The notes: generated by a model from the sequence alone, not told the origin. Positions 10,670 to 20,779 are shown, counted from the first letter of the stretch. The stretch is 64,000 nt of DNA from an uncultured cyanobacterium (GCA_963703315.1 OY969811.1:928001-992000), one strand, 5' to 3'. Numbers and translations are program-made.

Positions 10670-11437
10670 ATGACTGACAAAGAACAAATGAGCCTATTTG
10701 ATCTGACACCATCGGAAGTCCCTTTAACGGAGCTTCCCAAAGCCGATGGTGTGGCTCCGCCAGCCCAAAAAACTGCGCGTTCCAGTAAAAGTAATGCTGC
10801 CCCAATTGCTGCTGTGCCAGTGAATGAGCAGTTTGCCAGTCTAGATGCATTAAAGGAAGCAGCTTGTAATTGCCAAAAATGTCCGCTCGCCCCAACTCGG
10901 ACTAATGTGGTCGTAGAAAGAGGCGATCGCCAAGCAAAAATCCTGATCATTGGTGAAGCCCCAGGGGAGCAAGAGGATTTATCAGGTTTACCCTTTGTCG
11001 GTAAGTCGGGACAGCTTTTAGATAAAATTCTGGAATCCGTAGGTTTTGACACCAATAAAGATGTCTATATTTGCAATACCGTCAAATGCCGTCCGCCGAA
11101 TAATCGTGTCCCTACGGAAGTCGAAACTACTACTTGCAAACCCTATTTGCTCGAACAAATTCGCCTTGTCGATCCCAAAATTATTTTGCTGACGGGGGCA
11201 ACATCCCTAAAATCAATTCTTGGCGAAAAGTTAGGCATTACTAAAGTTCGTGGTCAATGGTATGAGTGGGAAGGGCGTTTAGTGATGCCAATTTTTCACC
11301 CCTCCTATTTATTACGCAATCAGAGCCGTGAGCAGGGCAGTCCGAAGTGGTTAACATGGCAAGATGTTAAAACGATTAAAGCCAAATATTTAGAAATAAT
11401 AGGCACAGATCCTGTAGATGATGATGAGGAATTTTAG
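10670..11437 (+). CDS. uracil-DNA glycosylase, family 4 (Fe-S)
   Basis: CQKC, GEAPG, PFVGKSG, KCRPP.NR, HPSYLLR. Confidence 0.93.
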   Translation: MTDKEQMSLFDLTPSEVPLTELPKADGVAPPAQKTARSSKSNAAPIAAVPVNEQFASLDALKEAACNCQKCPLAPTRTNVVVERGDRQAKILIIGEAPGEQEDLSGLPFVGKSGQLLDKILESVGFDTNKDVYICNTVKCRPPNNRVPTEVETTTCKPYLLEQIRLVDPKIILLTGATSLKSILGEKLGITKVRGQWYEWEGRLVMPIFHPSYLLRNQSREQGSPKWLTWQDVKTIKAKYLEIIGTDPVDDDEEF

Positions 11438-11727
11438 TGAGTAACGTAAGAGCTGATTTAGAAAAAATGGTCGATGTGGCACTGTGGGAATGGTTATCTC
11501 CCCATGCGGCAAGGGCAAGAGTAATTTTGGTTGGGGGTAATCTCGATCTTGTAGATGTAGGGATTGCGCTGACGGAGGACAATACACAGTTAGTCCAATC
11601 ATGGATCGAGGATAGTTGGTTACGTCATCCTACCGCCGAGGAGCTTAGTGCTTGGAATGCTAACAAGGAAAAAGAGTTTACGAGTTTGGTAGTACCGCCT
11701 TTTGTTCTTGTGAGGATTACTTCATAG
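11437..11727 (+). CDS. DUF2288-like protein
   Basis: W..L.PH..R, LDLVDVG, V..W, VVPPFVLV pattern; coupled to UDG stop. Confidence 0.75.
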   Translation: MSNVRADLEKMVDVALWEWLSPHAARARVILVGGNLDLVDVGIALTEDNTQLVQSWIEDSWLRHPTAEELSAWNANKEKEFTSLVVPPFVLVRITS

Positions 11728-11822
11728 AAAAAGCCTTGCGCCGCGAGGCTTTTTCTAGCTACACATTCTAGCGACACAAAAAAGAGGGAGCAATTAGTTG
11801 CTCCCTCTTTTTTATTGACAGT

Positions 11823-11894
11823 AACCAAAGAAAAAAGCCTAGGTTACTTTCCCTGTTTCGTTCCTAGGCTTTTTTCTTTGTTCGCTCCTCACAC
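11823..11894 (-). ncRNA. yfr2: Yfr2-family cyanobacterial small RNA
   Basis: 5' GTGTGAGGAG, stem with GGAACGAAACAGGGAAAG loop, U-rich 3' end; sigma70 promoter directly upstream. Confidence 0.8.
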
Positions 11895-11900
11895 CTCTAT

Positions 11901-11929
11901 ACTATACATCTGTCTTCTGGAAATGTCTA
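11901..11929 (-). promoter_or_regulatory. sigma70-type promoter of the sRNA
   Basis: TAGACA-17 nt-TATAGT, 6 nt upstream of the GTGTGAGG start. Confidence 0.7.
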
Positions 11930-12193
11930 CTAGGTTGCCAAGAAATTAGCGGTTTTTTTGTACGCCTTTTGGCTGATATTTGCTATTTAGTGCGATCGCT
12001 ACCCATCTAGGGGAGGCGCAAAGCCTTAATTTGCCTAGCGATCGCGCTGGTGTGATTATTAAAAAGATAGGTATTGCAAAGTGAATAATTTATTGGTGTA
12101 CAGTTGCCTTATTCAACTCATTAATCAAAATTGCTGTTTTATGCCAACATTTGCTACTATAGGAGTCTGCTTTTTGATAAAGTAGATTCTTAT

Positions 12194-12265
12194 GGGTGAC
12201 TGGCGCAGTGGTAGCGCATCGGACTCTTAATCCGCTGGTCCTGGGTTCGAATCCCAGGTCACCCA
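12194..12265 (+). tRNA. trnK: tRNA-Lys(CTT), CCA not encoded
   Basis: GGGTGAC/GTCACCC acceptor stem, GCGC D-stem, CT-CTT-AA loop, GGTTCGAATCC T-arm. Confidence 0.95.
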
Positions 12266-12282
12266 TTTTTCAATTTATTGCT

Positions 12283-13209
12283 CTAGTTAATTGGGTGTAA
12301 AACTACGATTGGTTGTAGATCTGAGCCGATCGCCTCACTCACACCTAAAAATTGTTGATCAGAGCCATAGGTACGGATGTAATTATAAATTTCTGATGTT
12401 GATGATTTTTCAGATGAGCTAGTGATAAGAAAAGATTCATCCTTAATTGTTTGCCCCATACACCAACGTTTGGTCTGATCTTCATCAAGAGTCACCATCG
12501 GTAAAAAATGCAAGCCATGATCAGGTGCAAGTACTTCGAGACTATGCGATCGCATAAGTTCTGCAACCTGCTCAAAAGTCAAACTCGCAGCCAAATCGAA
12601 TCCGTTACTGTAAGTACGCCTTAGTGAGGATAAAGTCGCTCCATAACCAAGCTTCTCTCCCAAATCTCTAGCAATGGAGCGAATATAGGTTCCTGAGCCA
12701 CAGGCGATCGCCACATCTATTTCTGGATAATCCCCCTCAGCCCATCCTAATACCTTAATTTCTGTAATTTCTACCTCACGCAGAGGAATATCAGCTTCCG
12801 TGATTTCTCCCCGACGTGCTAGATCATAAAGACGTTTCCCATTGACTTGAATCGCACTAAAGGCAGGAGGACGTTGGGTGATTTTTCCTGTAAATAATGG
12901 TAGTAACTGCTCAACATCAGCGAGTTTTAAATTTGGACAGGGGCGATCGCCGATCACTTCACCCGTAATGTCATCAGTATTCGTAACAATCCCAAATCGA
13001 ATCTTGGCAACATAAGCTTTACCTTCAGGCAAAAATCGTAAAAGTCTAGTCGCATTGCCAACGGCGATCGGTAAAACTCCTGTTGCCATTGGATCGAGCG
13101 TACCGCCATGCCCTATTTTTTTTTGCTTAAGTAACTTGCGTAACTGGCTCACACAGTCATGAGCAGTGATGATTGGCGGCTTATTAATACTGATAAATCC
13201 ATTAAACAT
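12283..13209 (-). CDS. truB: tRNA pseudouridine(55) synthase
   Basis: GHGGTLDP.ATGVL, QRPPAFSA, CGSGTYIRS; ATG at 13209 (MFNGFISINKP). Confidence 0.96.
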   Translation of the reverse strand: MFNGFISINKPPIITAHDCVSQLRKLLKQKKIGHGGTLDPMATGVLPIAVGNATRLLRFLPEGKAYVAKIRFGIVTNTDDITGEVIGDRPCPNLKLADVEQLLPLFTGKITQRPPAFSAIQVNGKRLYDLARRGEITEADIPLREVEITEIKVLGWAEGDYPEIDVAIACGSGTYIRSIARDLGEKLGYGATLSSLRRTYSNGFDLAASLTFEQVAELMRSHSLEVLAPDHGLHFLPMVTLDEDQTKRWCMGQTIKDESFLITSSSEKSSTSEIYNYIRTYGSDQQFLGVSEAIGSDLQPIVVLHPIN

Positions 13210-13527
13210 AAAAAAATATTGAGGTGTAGGGGGTGTTAAATCTGTCACCATTTGCGAGACGAGTGGCGGCGCTTCGCCCCGCCACTCGCATTCTGGGTTT
13301 GACTGGAAACAGCCATAAATGTGAAGAGTCGTATTACCCGTCATTTAATGGAACGAAAGCAAGAAAAATTTGTCATAAAATGGGTACAGTAGATAAAAGA
13401 ATAATTCCTTTAAATTTGTACTAGTCTTGAAAATTTCTCTAGACCATTACACCTTATTGATTTCTATTGCTAGTTTCAAGGATTTTACATTTTTGCTTTC
13501 ACCATTTGCGATACGGGGTGAGATAAG

Positions 13528-14301
13528 TTGACTCGATTTGTATTCGGCGATATTCATGGTCAATTTGATGGCTTAATGAAGTTAATTAACTTCATTGGGT
13601 GTAGTTCTGACGATAAATTATTTTTTTTAGGCGACTTAATCGATCGCGGCGCTCGGAGTGCTGATGTTGTGCAATGGGTGATCGCGAATAATCACACTTG
13701 TATTAAGGGCAATCATGAACAAATGTGTCTTGATGCCTTTAGTAGTAATGAAGGATCACTGATTTGGAAAGGATGGTTGCTTAATGGTGGGACTAACACC
13801 TTACAAAGCTACGAAGACGAAAAATTACTCAAAGAGCATATCGAGTGGATGAAGGATTTACCACTCTATGTAGATTTAGGTGATGCGTGGTTAGTCCATG
13901 CGGGTCTAAATCCTAATTTACCGCTTGAGTTGCAGGGGGCAGCCGAGTTTTGTTGGATTCGCGAAGAATTTCACAGTGCGATCGAGCCATTTTTTGATGA
14001 CAAACTGATTATTACTGGACATACAATTACCTTTGTTTTTCCGGGGGTAAAACCGGGAAATTTAGTATTAGGTAAAGGATGGCTAGATATTGACACAGGT
14101 GGTTATCACCCTAAAAGTGGCTGGCTGACTGCCTTGGATCTCGATTCTGCAAAAGTGTATCAGTGCAATACTTTTACCAATGAGTTAAGAGTGAATGCAT
14201 TACCTGACATTACCAGCGTCATTGAGCCAATGCTTTCACGATCGCAAAAAGCCGCAGTTGGAAAATCTAATAGTCCAAAGCGGCGTTGGTCTTGGGTGTA
14301 A
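13528..14301 (+). CDS. metallophosphoesterase (PPP-type Ser/Thr phosphatase)
   Basis: GDIHG, GDLIDRG, GNHE, HAG, GHT, DTG. Confidence 0.9.
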   Translation: MTRFVFGDIHGQFDGLMKLINFIGCSSDDKLFFLGDLIDRGARSADVVQWVIANNHTCIKGNHEQMCLDAFSSNEGSLIWKGWLLNGGTNTLQSYEDEKLLKEHIEWMKDLPLYVDLGDAWLVHAGLNPNLPLELQGAAEFCWIREEFHSAIEPFFDDKLIITGHTITFVFPGVKPGNLVLGKGWLDIDTGGYHPKSGWLTALDLDSAKVYQCNTFTNELRVNALPDITSVIEPMLSRSQKAAVGKSNSPKRRWSWV

Positions 14302-14317
14302 GGGATAAGCCTCTTGC

Positions 14318-15172
14318 TTAAGGTGAAAGTAAAACTTGATATAAATCAGGACGGCGATCGCGGAAAAATCCAAAGGAAGCCCGATTTAGTCGCACTTGAT
14401 CGAGATCAAATTCGGCAGTGATTACGCCTTCTTCACTATCATTTAATTCTGCAACCTTATCGCCACGTTGGTTCGCAATAAAGGAATGACCATAAAAAGT
14501 TTGATTGCCCTCTAAGCCAATGCGATTGGCGGCAGCAACAGGAATCACATTACTCACAGCATGACCAATCATGGCGCGTTGCCAAGGATCTTTGGTATTT
14601 AGATTTGGCTCCTCTGGCTCAGAACCGATCGCTGTTGGATATAGCAAAATTTCTGCACCCATCAGCACCATTGCTCGCGCACATTCAGGAAACCATTGAT
14701 CCCAACAGATGCCAACCCCAATTTTGCCAAAGGTGGTATCCCAAACCTTAAAGCCTGTATCGCCATTGCGGAAATAAAACTTTTCTTCGTAACCAGGTCC
14801 ATCGGGAATATGGCTTTTACGATAGATCCCTAGTAATGAGCCGTCAGCATCGATCATCGCCAAACTGTTGTAATAAACCTGTTGCGATCGCTCAAAAAAT
14901 GAGACTGGGATCACCACATTAAGCTCTTTGGCAAGTTTCTGGAAATGAGCGATTGTCGGATGATTTTCCACAGGTTGCGCCCAATCAAAAAAGTGATCGC
15001 GTTCTTCGCGACAAAAATAAGCACCTTCAAATAATTCTGGGGGCAAAATTACCTGTGCGCCTTGATGGGCAGCTTTACTTACTAATTCAGAGATTTTCGC
15101 GACGTTAGTAGCAACATCCGCATTTAAAGACGCTTGAATAACAGCGATCGTGACAGTTTTAGAGGGTAACAT
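14318..15172 (-). CDS. aguB: N-carbamoylputrescine amidase
   Basis: PELF, YRKSHIPDGPGY.EKFYF, GICWDQWFPE, YPTAIGSEP. Confidence 0.93.
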   Translation of the reverse strand: MLPSKTVTIAVIQASLNADVATNVAKISELVSKAAHQGAQVILPPELFEGAYFCREERDHFFDWAQPVENHPTIAHFQKLAKELNVVIPVSFFERSQQVYYNSLAMIDADGSLLGIYRKSHIPDGPGYEEKFYFRNGDTGFKVWDTTFGKIGVGICWDQWFPECARAMVLMGAEILLYPTAIGSEPEEPNLNTKDPWQRAMIGHAVSNVIPVAAANRIGLEGNQTFYGHSFIANQRGDKVAELNDSEEGVITAEFDLDQVRLNRASFGFFRDRRPDLYQVLLSP

Positions 15173-15316
15173 CAGCAAATATGATAGAAACGTTAAAATA
15201 GAACTACATAGCCTTTACCACGTTAAAACCCAAAAATTAAGAGGTGGCGCAAAGTGCTGCATCTTAATTTTTGGGTAGCAGCTTTATCAATAGCCTAGCG
15301 CAGTACGAAAAAATCT

Positions 15317-15535
15317 ATGAAAAAACTTGTCATTTTATTGATTCAGTTTTATCGATTGTTTATTTCACCATTGTTTCCGCCGAGATGTCGGTTTCAGCCA
15401 ACTTGCTCGCAATATGCGATGACGGCGATCGATCGCTTTGGCATAGTCAAAGGAGGTGGGCTAACGGTGAAAAGGGTGTGTAGCTGTCATCCTTGGCATA
15501 TTGGGGGATATGATCCTGTACCAACGAAAGAATAA
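15317..15535 (+). CDS. yidD: membrane protein insertion efficiency factor
   Basis: [27 protein letters not shown]. Confidence 0.93.
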   Translation: MKKLVILLIQFYRLFISPLFPPRCRFQPTCSQYAMTAIDRFGIVKGGGLTVKRVCSCHPWHIGGYDPVPTKE

Positions 15536-15591
15536 TAACCAGCTTTTGTGTGGCGCAGCTTCGCCGCGCAAAAGCTGAAATCGCAGAACCA

Positions 15592-16680
15592 TTAGGCAGA
15601 TTGACATAAACACAAATCCTCTATGATCGCCACAACATTATTCAGGCTGATATCATCTCGCCCTAGAAAAGTCCGTAAATCTAAAATTGCTTGTTCGTAT
15701 TCTTGTGTAAAGCGATAAACAGCGATCGGCTGAAGCTCTGTACGAGAAAGTTTTTGAACCTTCATTACTCCAGTACGCACCGCACCAATTAATTCGCGAG
15801 AAAGCTCAGAAATAGCTCTTTGTCTGAAATGACGAAATCCACGAACACTGGTGGCATACATTGGTGGCAAGCGATTCAAGGCGTATGCAGTTACCTCACT
15901 TTTGTTGATTTGCTCATACATTTCAGGAGTTACCACCTTCTCAATTACTAAAACTACAAGGTGTTCTAATACATTTATAATTCCTAACTCTGCTTGTAAT
16001 GTGTAGGCTTCTAGCGCTCTATATTCCATTTCTAATGCATCCTTGGCTCTTTTTTCACTAGACCATGACCCTTCAGAAAGATAGAGATGAGATGCCCAAG
16101 CTTGTTCCACTTCTAGACGCAAAGCTTCCTGCTGCTTTTGAATTAGCTGCTTTTGCATAAACCGTTTTGAACTAGACAATAAGGCGCGGTGATGACGTGT
16201 TAAATGACTTACCTGCTGAAACTTCGTTTCTCCAACATCTTGAATTAATGTTTGATCCTGTGAGTCATCTATTTGACTAGTACAGTTCCCAAACATCTCT
16301 TTAACAATGACAGGAACATCTCGCCATCGTAAATATTTGCGCTTAAAAATTTGCTTTACTTGATGCAAGACTCCTGCACTATTTAAGAATAAATTATTAG
16401 GTAAAGGCGTAACATCATGTAAAGGATCACCGAATAAAACAGTCTGAATACCATACTTAACTATTTGAGAAATTTGCGAATTTAATTCATTTAAAGCATA
16501 TTCATATTGATATTTCCAACCGTTCATAGATGTAGCGCACAGTGGAGGCAATCGATTAAGTGCATAAGCTGTTACCTCTGCAACTTTGATTTTGGGTTGT
16601 ATCTCTGGTCGAAGTTCTTCAATTTGAATGCGAACTTCTTTAACAATAATCTCTTCTAAGACATTGATAAATGCACGCAT
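15592..16680 (-). CDS. ComFB-family protein with two ComFB domains
   Basis: NVLE...EVTAYALNRLPP.(Y/C)ATS..G motif present twice. Confidence 0.85.
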   Translation of the reverse strand: MRAFINVLEEIIVKEVRIQIEELRPEIQPKIKVAEVTAYALNRLPPLCATSMNGWKYQYEYALNELNSQISQIVKYGIQTVLFGDPLHDVTPLPNNLFLNSAGVLHQVKQIFKRKYLRWRDVPVIVKEMFGNCTSQIDDSQDQTLIQDVGETKFQQVSHLTRHHRALLSSSKRFMQKQLIQKQQEALRLEVEQAWASHLYLSEGSWSSEKRAKDALEMEYRALEAYTLQAELGIINVLEHLVVLVIEKVVTPEMYEQINKSEVTAYALNRLPPMYATSVRGFRHFRQRAISELSRELIGAVRTGVMKVQKLSRTELQPIAVYRFTQEYEQAILDLRTFLGRDDISLNNVVAIIEDLCLCQSA

Positions 16681-16976
16681 AAATTTTTGCTTACTTAAAA
16701 TTTAGCTATTAATATTTAGTTAGTTAATAAAGTATGCAGTTTAATTTTTCTAATTAATCTGATGTTTACTGAATTACAAAAAAACAAGTTCAATAAACAT
16801 ATTATTTTCTTGATTTCCCCGTAGAAAAATTATTTAATAGCCTTTATTACTACAAATTAATGTATCAAATAACTTTAGCTAAATTAATAGTACAAATTGC
16901 GTAACTTGTATAATAGGATACAATTTAAAAATCATTAAAGTTATGAATAACTATAAAAATAATAAACATTTTGTTT

Positions 16977-17057
16977 TATAGCATTTCATAGAGGATTGTT
17001 TCCCCGCCTTTGGCGGGGAAACAATCCTCTATACCTCGCTTGCTTGAAAAGCGCTAT
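16977..17057. mobile_element. MITE-like element family C (TTGTTTCCCCGCC core)
   Basis: ends TATAGCATTTCA..TGAAAAGCGCTAT; internal perfect hairpin; related copies at 20610-20706 and 21240-21294. Confidence 0.55.
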
Positions 17058-17083
17058 GTAGCAAAGAAAATTTTCTAGGACAT

Positions 17084-17138
17084 AAAACCCAAGAAGCGAG
17101 TGGCGGCGCTTTGCGCCGCCACTCGCTTCTTGGGTTTT
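17084..17138. repeat. 26-bp perfect palindrome / likely terminator
   Basis: AAAACCCAAGAAGCGAGTGGCGGCGC-TTT-GCGCCGCCACTCGCTTCTTGGGTTTT. Confidence 0.8.
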
Positions 17139-17155
17139 GGTATAACGTGAAAGCT

Positions 17156-17884
17156 TTAACCCAGTCGATAGCCAAAACCTCTAACGGTCACGATATGTTT
17201 AGGATCGCTAGGGTCAATTTCGATTTTTTCGCGTAACCAACGAATATGAACATCAACAGTTTTGCTATCACCAACAAAATCAACCCCCCAAACCTTTTCT
17301 AGCAACTGCTCGCGTGACCAAACGCGACGCGGATGACTCATAAATAGATCTAATAGGCGGAATTCTTTAGGAGAAAGATTAATTTCGGCTTCATTGATCG
17401 TCACCCGACATTCATCGGGATACATGGTGATATCCCCAAATTTATAAACAGTGGCATTAGTTGCGACAAATTCTCGACGACTGCGGCGTAGCAATGCTCG
17501 ACAACGCGCCACTAATTCACGCATCCCAAAGGGCTTGCTGAGATAGTCATCGGCTCCGACTTCTAAGCCCACAATGCGATCGGATTCGTTACCCTTAGCA
17601 CTAATCATCAAAACAGGAACGTTATTACCTTCATGACGTAAAATGCGGCAGAAGTCTAGCCCATTAATCGAAGGCAACATCACATCTAGAATAACTAAGT
17701 CTAGCCTTGCAACCGTTTTGGCTATTTGCAGAGCATTGTAGCCATCTTCTGCTAAAAAAACGCTATATCCATCTTCTTGCAAAGCTAAAGCGATCGCCTC
17801 TTGAATAATTGCTTCGTCTTCTACCACCAAGACACAACCGACAGTGTTTTTAGAAGCTGAGGGAGGCTGTTCTGTTAAGAGCAT
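17156..17884 (-). CDS. sphR: OmpR-family response regulator, PhoB/SphR-like
   Basis: receiver (VEDE, LDVMLP, SAK, GADDYLSKPF) plus winged helix with DSKTVDVHIRWLREK. Confidence 0.75.
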   Translation of the reverse strand: MLLTEQPPSASKNTVGCVLVVEDEAIIQEAIALALQEDGYSVFLAEDGYNALQIAKTVARLDLVILDVMLPSINGLDFCRILRHEGNNVPVLMISAKGNESDRIVGLEVGADDYLSKPFGMRELVARCRALLRRSRREFVATNATVYKFGDITMYPDECRVTINEAEINLSPKEFRLLDLFMSHPRRVWSREQLLEKVWGVDFVGDSKTVDVHIRWLREKIEIDPSDPKHIVTVRGFGYRLG

Positions 17885-18007
17885 AAAAAATTTCTATTAG
17901 GTTGGTCTAACCGTATCCAATTTTACATTGATCTATAGTTAATTATGTAGTCAGGTTTATATTTTTCTGGCATTGTTAAAGAAACGTATAAACCGATATT
18001 TCACAAA

Positions 18008-19510
18008 TTACGGCATTAAAAAATTAGGAAGGAATGATTTTGCGATATTTCTTACGGTTTGATTGAGCGATCGCGCAATTTGGATGTGAGGCTCATCAGC
18101 TTCAATTGGTAAAATCTGGGTCATGTTACCCTGACTAAATTGTTGAATCACTAAATTAGCTGCCTCTAAGCCAGTTACATAAGCTTTTTCCTGCGACCAT
18201 GAGCCGTGATTAGTAATAACCCAATCGCCACTCATATATAAGTTGGGGAAACTGGTAATGGATCGCAATAGATGCTGATAACTACCAGGGGCGAAATGGG
18301 TTACGGCACGGGGCAGTCGGATTACGCTGCTATCAACAACTTTAGCAGTGGCAAATTCGGTCAAACAAGAAGCGAGATAGTTTTGAACGATCGCTACGAT
18401 TTCTTGGTTATCGAGGGGTAGGAATTGATTCGCATGATAAAAATCGACTTCGATTACTGAGCCAGTTTCATCGGCGTATTCATCATGGAGTGCATTGAGG
18501 TCAAAGAATGTCCAGCCCGTAGTTGCATCAAAACCAAAGCAAGCATTAGATGGACGCGGGATCTTGATTTTGCGATCGAACCATAGGCGTACAGCTAAGA
18601 CATCAACTGCGCCTAAGTTCATCAAGTTCCGAAATTCTGTACGTTTTTGCAAAGCGGCACTATTCGAGACAATCTTTTGCATCCCTGAAATGCCTACCGC
18701 GAAAATTACGGCATCAGCATCAAAGGTTTCTTCGCCACAAATTACGCCTGTAACCTTGCCCCCATCATCCACACGCAGATTACTAACACGGCGATTAGTG
18801 AGGATCTTGCCCCCCAAATTAGTAATGCGATCGCACCAAGGTTTGAATATCTGTTCGCCCACCGTGCCGCGACACCATACCACATCAAAATCTGCCTGAT
18901 GCGCCAAGATGAAGTAATACAACATTCCCAAAGCTGCTGCTGCCGAGCATTGCTCTCCTGGGGCAAAAAGTCCAACTAATAGCATTGGCTCGAAAGATTC
19001 GCGATAGAGCCGTTCCGATACGCCATACTGACGGAATAATTCCCTTGCGGTAATGCCATCGTAGCGTTTCCATGCCTCATGGGAATTGTCAAAATCCACC
19101 ACTGCATACATTAACGGCAATGCCGATAGGCGATCGCTTAAAGGCAATCTCTTAAATTGGGTATAGGCAAATGTCCCAAGGGGTGAAGGTAAACGTGGCA
19201 AGTCTTGAAAAATGGGTGACTCAACTTCTAACCCTGCGGGAGAATATTGTGCCGATCGCGTCCAATTTGTAAAGGGATCAAGCTCTAGCTCTTTAACGAG
19301 GGAAAAAATATTGCGATAGGGATACCAAAAACCATGAATACCTGCTTCGACTGATCGTCCCCCTTCCGTTTTCCAGCCTGCAACTAAGCCTCCTGCTTGC
19401 GCTCCTGCTTCTAGCAAGGTTACGTCATAGCCTTGTTTCGTGAGTTGATAGGTTGCCCCTAGCCCAGCCCAACCTGCACCAACAACAATCACTTTTGGTT
19501 TTTCTGTCAT
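18008..19510 (-). CDS. FAD-dependent oxidoreductase (amine oxidase/carotene desaturase-like)
   Basis: GAGWAGL Rossmann, EAGIHGFW, GDWV...SQEKAYVTG. Confidence 0.85.
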   Translation of the reverse strand: MTEKPKVIVVGAGWAGLGATYQLTKQGYDVTLLEAGAQAGGLVAGWKTEGGRSVEAGIHGFWYPYRNIFSLVKELELDPFTNWTRSAQYSPAGLEVESPIFQDLPRLPSPLGTFAYTQFKRLPLSDRLSALPLMYAVVDFDNSHEAWKRYDGITARELFRQYGVSERLYRESFEPMLLVGLFAPGEQCSAAAALGMLYYFILAHQADFDVVWCRGTVGEQIFKPWCDRITNLGGKILTNRRVSNLRVDDGGKVTGVICGEETFDADAVIFAVGISGMQKIVSNSAALQKRTEFRNLMNLGAVDVLAVRLWFDRKIKIPRPSNACFGFDATTGWTFFDLNALHDEYADETGSVIEVDFYHANQFLPLDNQEIVAIVQNYLASCLTEFATAKVVDSSVIRLPRAVTHFAPGSYQHLLRSITSFPNLYMSGDWVITNHGSWSQEKAYVTGLEAANLVIQQFSQGNMTQILPIEADEPHIQIARSLNQTVRNIAKSFLPNFLMP

Positions 19511-19545
19511 TTATTTTTTCTAAGTTGTGTTGCTATTTGTGATTA

Positions 19546-19648
19546 ATACCAATTCACGAAAGTGTGACAACACTTTTGTGAATTAAAAACCAAACCCAGT
19601 CAGGGTTTTCAAAACTAAAAATGGCGTAGCCATTTTTAGTTTTGGTAT
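19546..19648. mobile_element. MITE-like element family B (ATACCAA..TTGGTAT)
   Basis: terminal inverted repeat, two internal hairpins; inverted homolog at 43973-44052. Confidence 0.6.
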
Positions 19649-19649
19649 A

Positions 19650-19749
19650 AGTAGCTGGGCATAATTAAAAACCAGAGTAAAAACCTGTGGCGCACGCGCA
19701 GCGTGCGCCACAGGTTTTCGGGTTTTATATTTAATTGCGCCCAGCTACT
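19650..19749. mobile_element. 100-bp MITE family A with TA flanks
   Basis: TA-AGTAGCTGGGC...GCCCAGCTACT-TA; internal AAAACCTGTGGCGCACGC hairpin; copies at 39843-39927, 44065-44150, degenerate near 21128-21188. Confidence 0.75.
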
Positions 19750-19801
19750 TATACATTTGCGATAGACAAGGGGCTTAAGCCCCTTGTTTCTTAATTTCAC
19801 A

Positions 19802-20500
19802 TTAAAGTCTTTTGCTAATTTTAAACCCGTGAGAGTCAGTTCCACAGGTATGTAGTAAGCCATGAATGTCCGCCAGATGCCGAATTTCTTCGGTTTGTCT
19901 CGGACTCGGTTTCCAAGGATCGCTATTGTCATAGCCATAATAGGTTTCAACGCCATCAATTCCCAAGGCGGCGGCGGCAGGGATCAAGTCTTCAGGCGAT
20001 CGCCGATATCTAGCAGGGTGGGCAAGTACCGCTAATCCCCCAGCTAAATGCATCGCCTTAATAACGCTAATTGCCTGATAGTCAAGTCCTGCGGTAGTTT
20101 TGTTTTGCAAATAAGGCTGCATTGCTTTATGTTCGGGATCAAATCCATAGCCGAGAATATGTACTTCCGTAAAAATCAGGCTAGCATTAACCTCAATTCC
20201 TGACCAGATCGTAGGCAGAGAGTGAGGAGCGTTAGATTGACTAAGGGTGCGATCAAGGTATTGTTTGGCAATGTAATAGCCTGTAACCGCATGATGATCG
20301 GTAATTGCCAAATCAGACACACGCATGGCGATCGCCTGCTGAATTAAATCAACAGCCTGCATTTTGCCGTCAGAATGCACCGTATGCAAATGAAAATTCA
20401 GCCTATGTGGACAACTCATGGCATCGACAGACGCAAAAATTTTTCGCAGCTTACTTGTTGCGCTCGACTCTGAAATCAATAGCGGAGTTTGAGTTACCAT
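19802..20500 (-). CDS. PHP domain phosphoesterase
   Basis: HLHTVHSDG, AITDHH, HILGYGFD, LAHPARY, GTDSHG. Confidence 0.9.
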   Translation of the reverse strand: MVTQTPLLISESSATSKLRKIFASVDAMSCPHRLNFHLHTVHSDGKMQAVDLIQQAIAMRVSDLAITDHHAVTGYYIAKQYLDRTLSQSNAPHSLPTIWSGIEVNASLIFTEVHILGYGFDPEHKAMQPYLQNKTTAGLDYQAISVIKAMHLAGGLAVLAHPARYRRSPEDLIPAAAALGIDGVETYYGYDNSDPWKPSPRQTEEIRHLADIHGLLHTCGTDSHGFKISKRL

Positions 20501-20779
20501 GACACATCTCTACATAAGCAAATCTTTTACAATTCTTAATTTCTTAACCGCAATTTTACCCAATTTTGGGTAGATAGTTTAACTTTCTATTGAGATAGAC
20601 TCTCAGATGTATAGTATGTTTCAGTCCAGAGAAGTACGCTTGAGTCTCCTCGCCCTCGGTGGGGAAACTCAAATCCGTACCCCGCTTGCTTGAAAAGCAC
20701 CATATAGATATCGATACACGAATATAGTTCGCTTATGCGATTGATCAACGGGAAAAGAAATATCTGCACCTAATCGGAT

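Noticed and set aside
12194..12290. tRNA-Lys as an integration site
   Set aside because: truB follows immediately; no integrase or duplicated tRNA 3' end seen.
13210..13344. N-terminal extension of truB in the ORF track
   Set aside because: Runs through a palindromic repeat; homologous sequence starts at ATG 13209.
17885..18000. Autoregulatory Pho box upstream of the sphR-like gene
   Set aside because: Only weak, irregularly spaced TTAAC-like matches.
19636..19959. Short ORFs across repeat clusters (also 4424-4612, 28537-28867, 41167-41421)
   Set aside because: They are translations of palindromic or MITE sequence, or overlap real genes.
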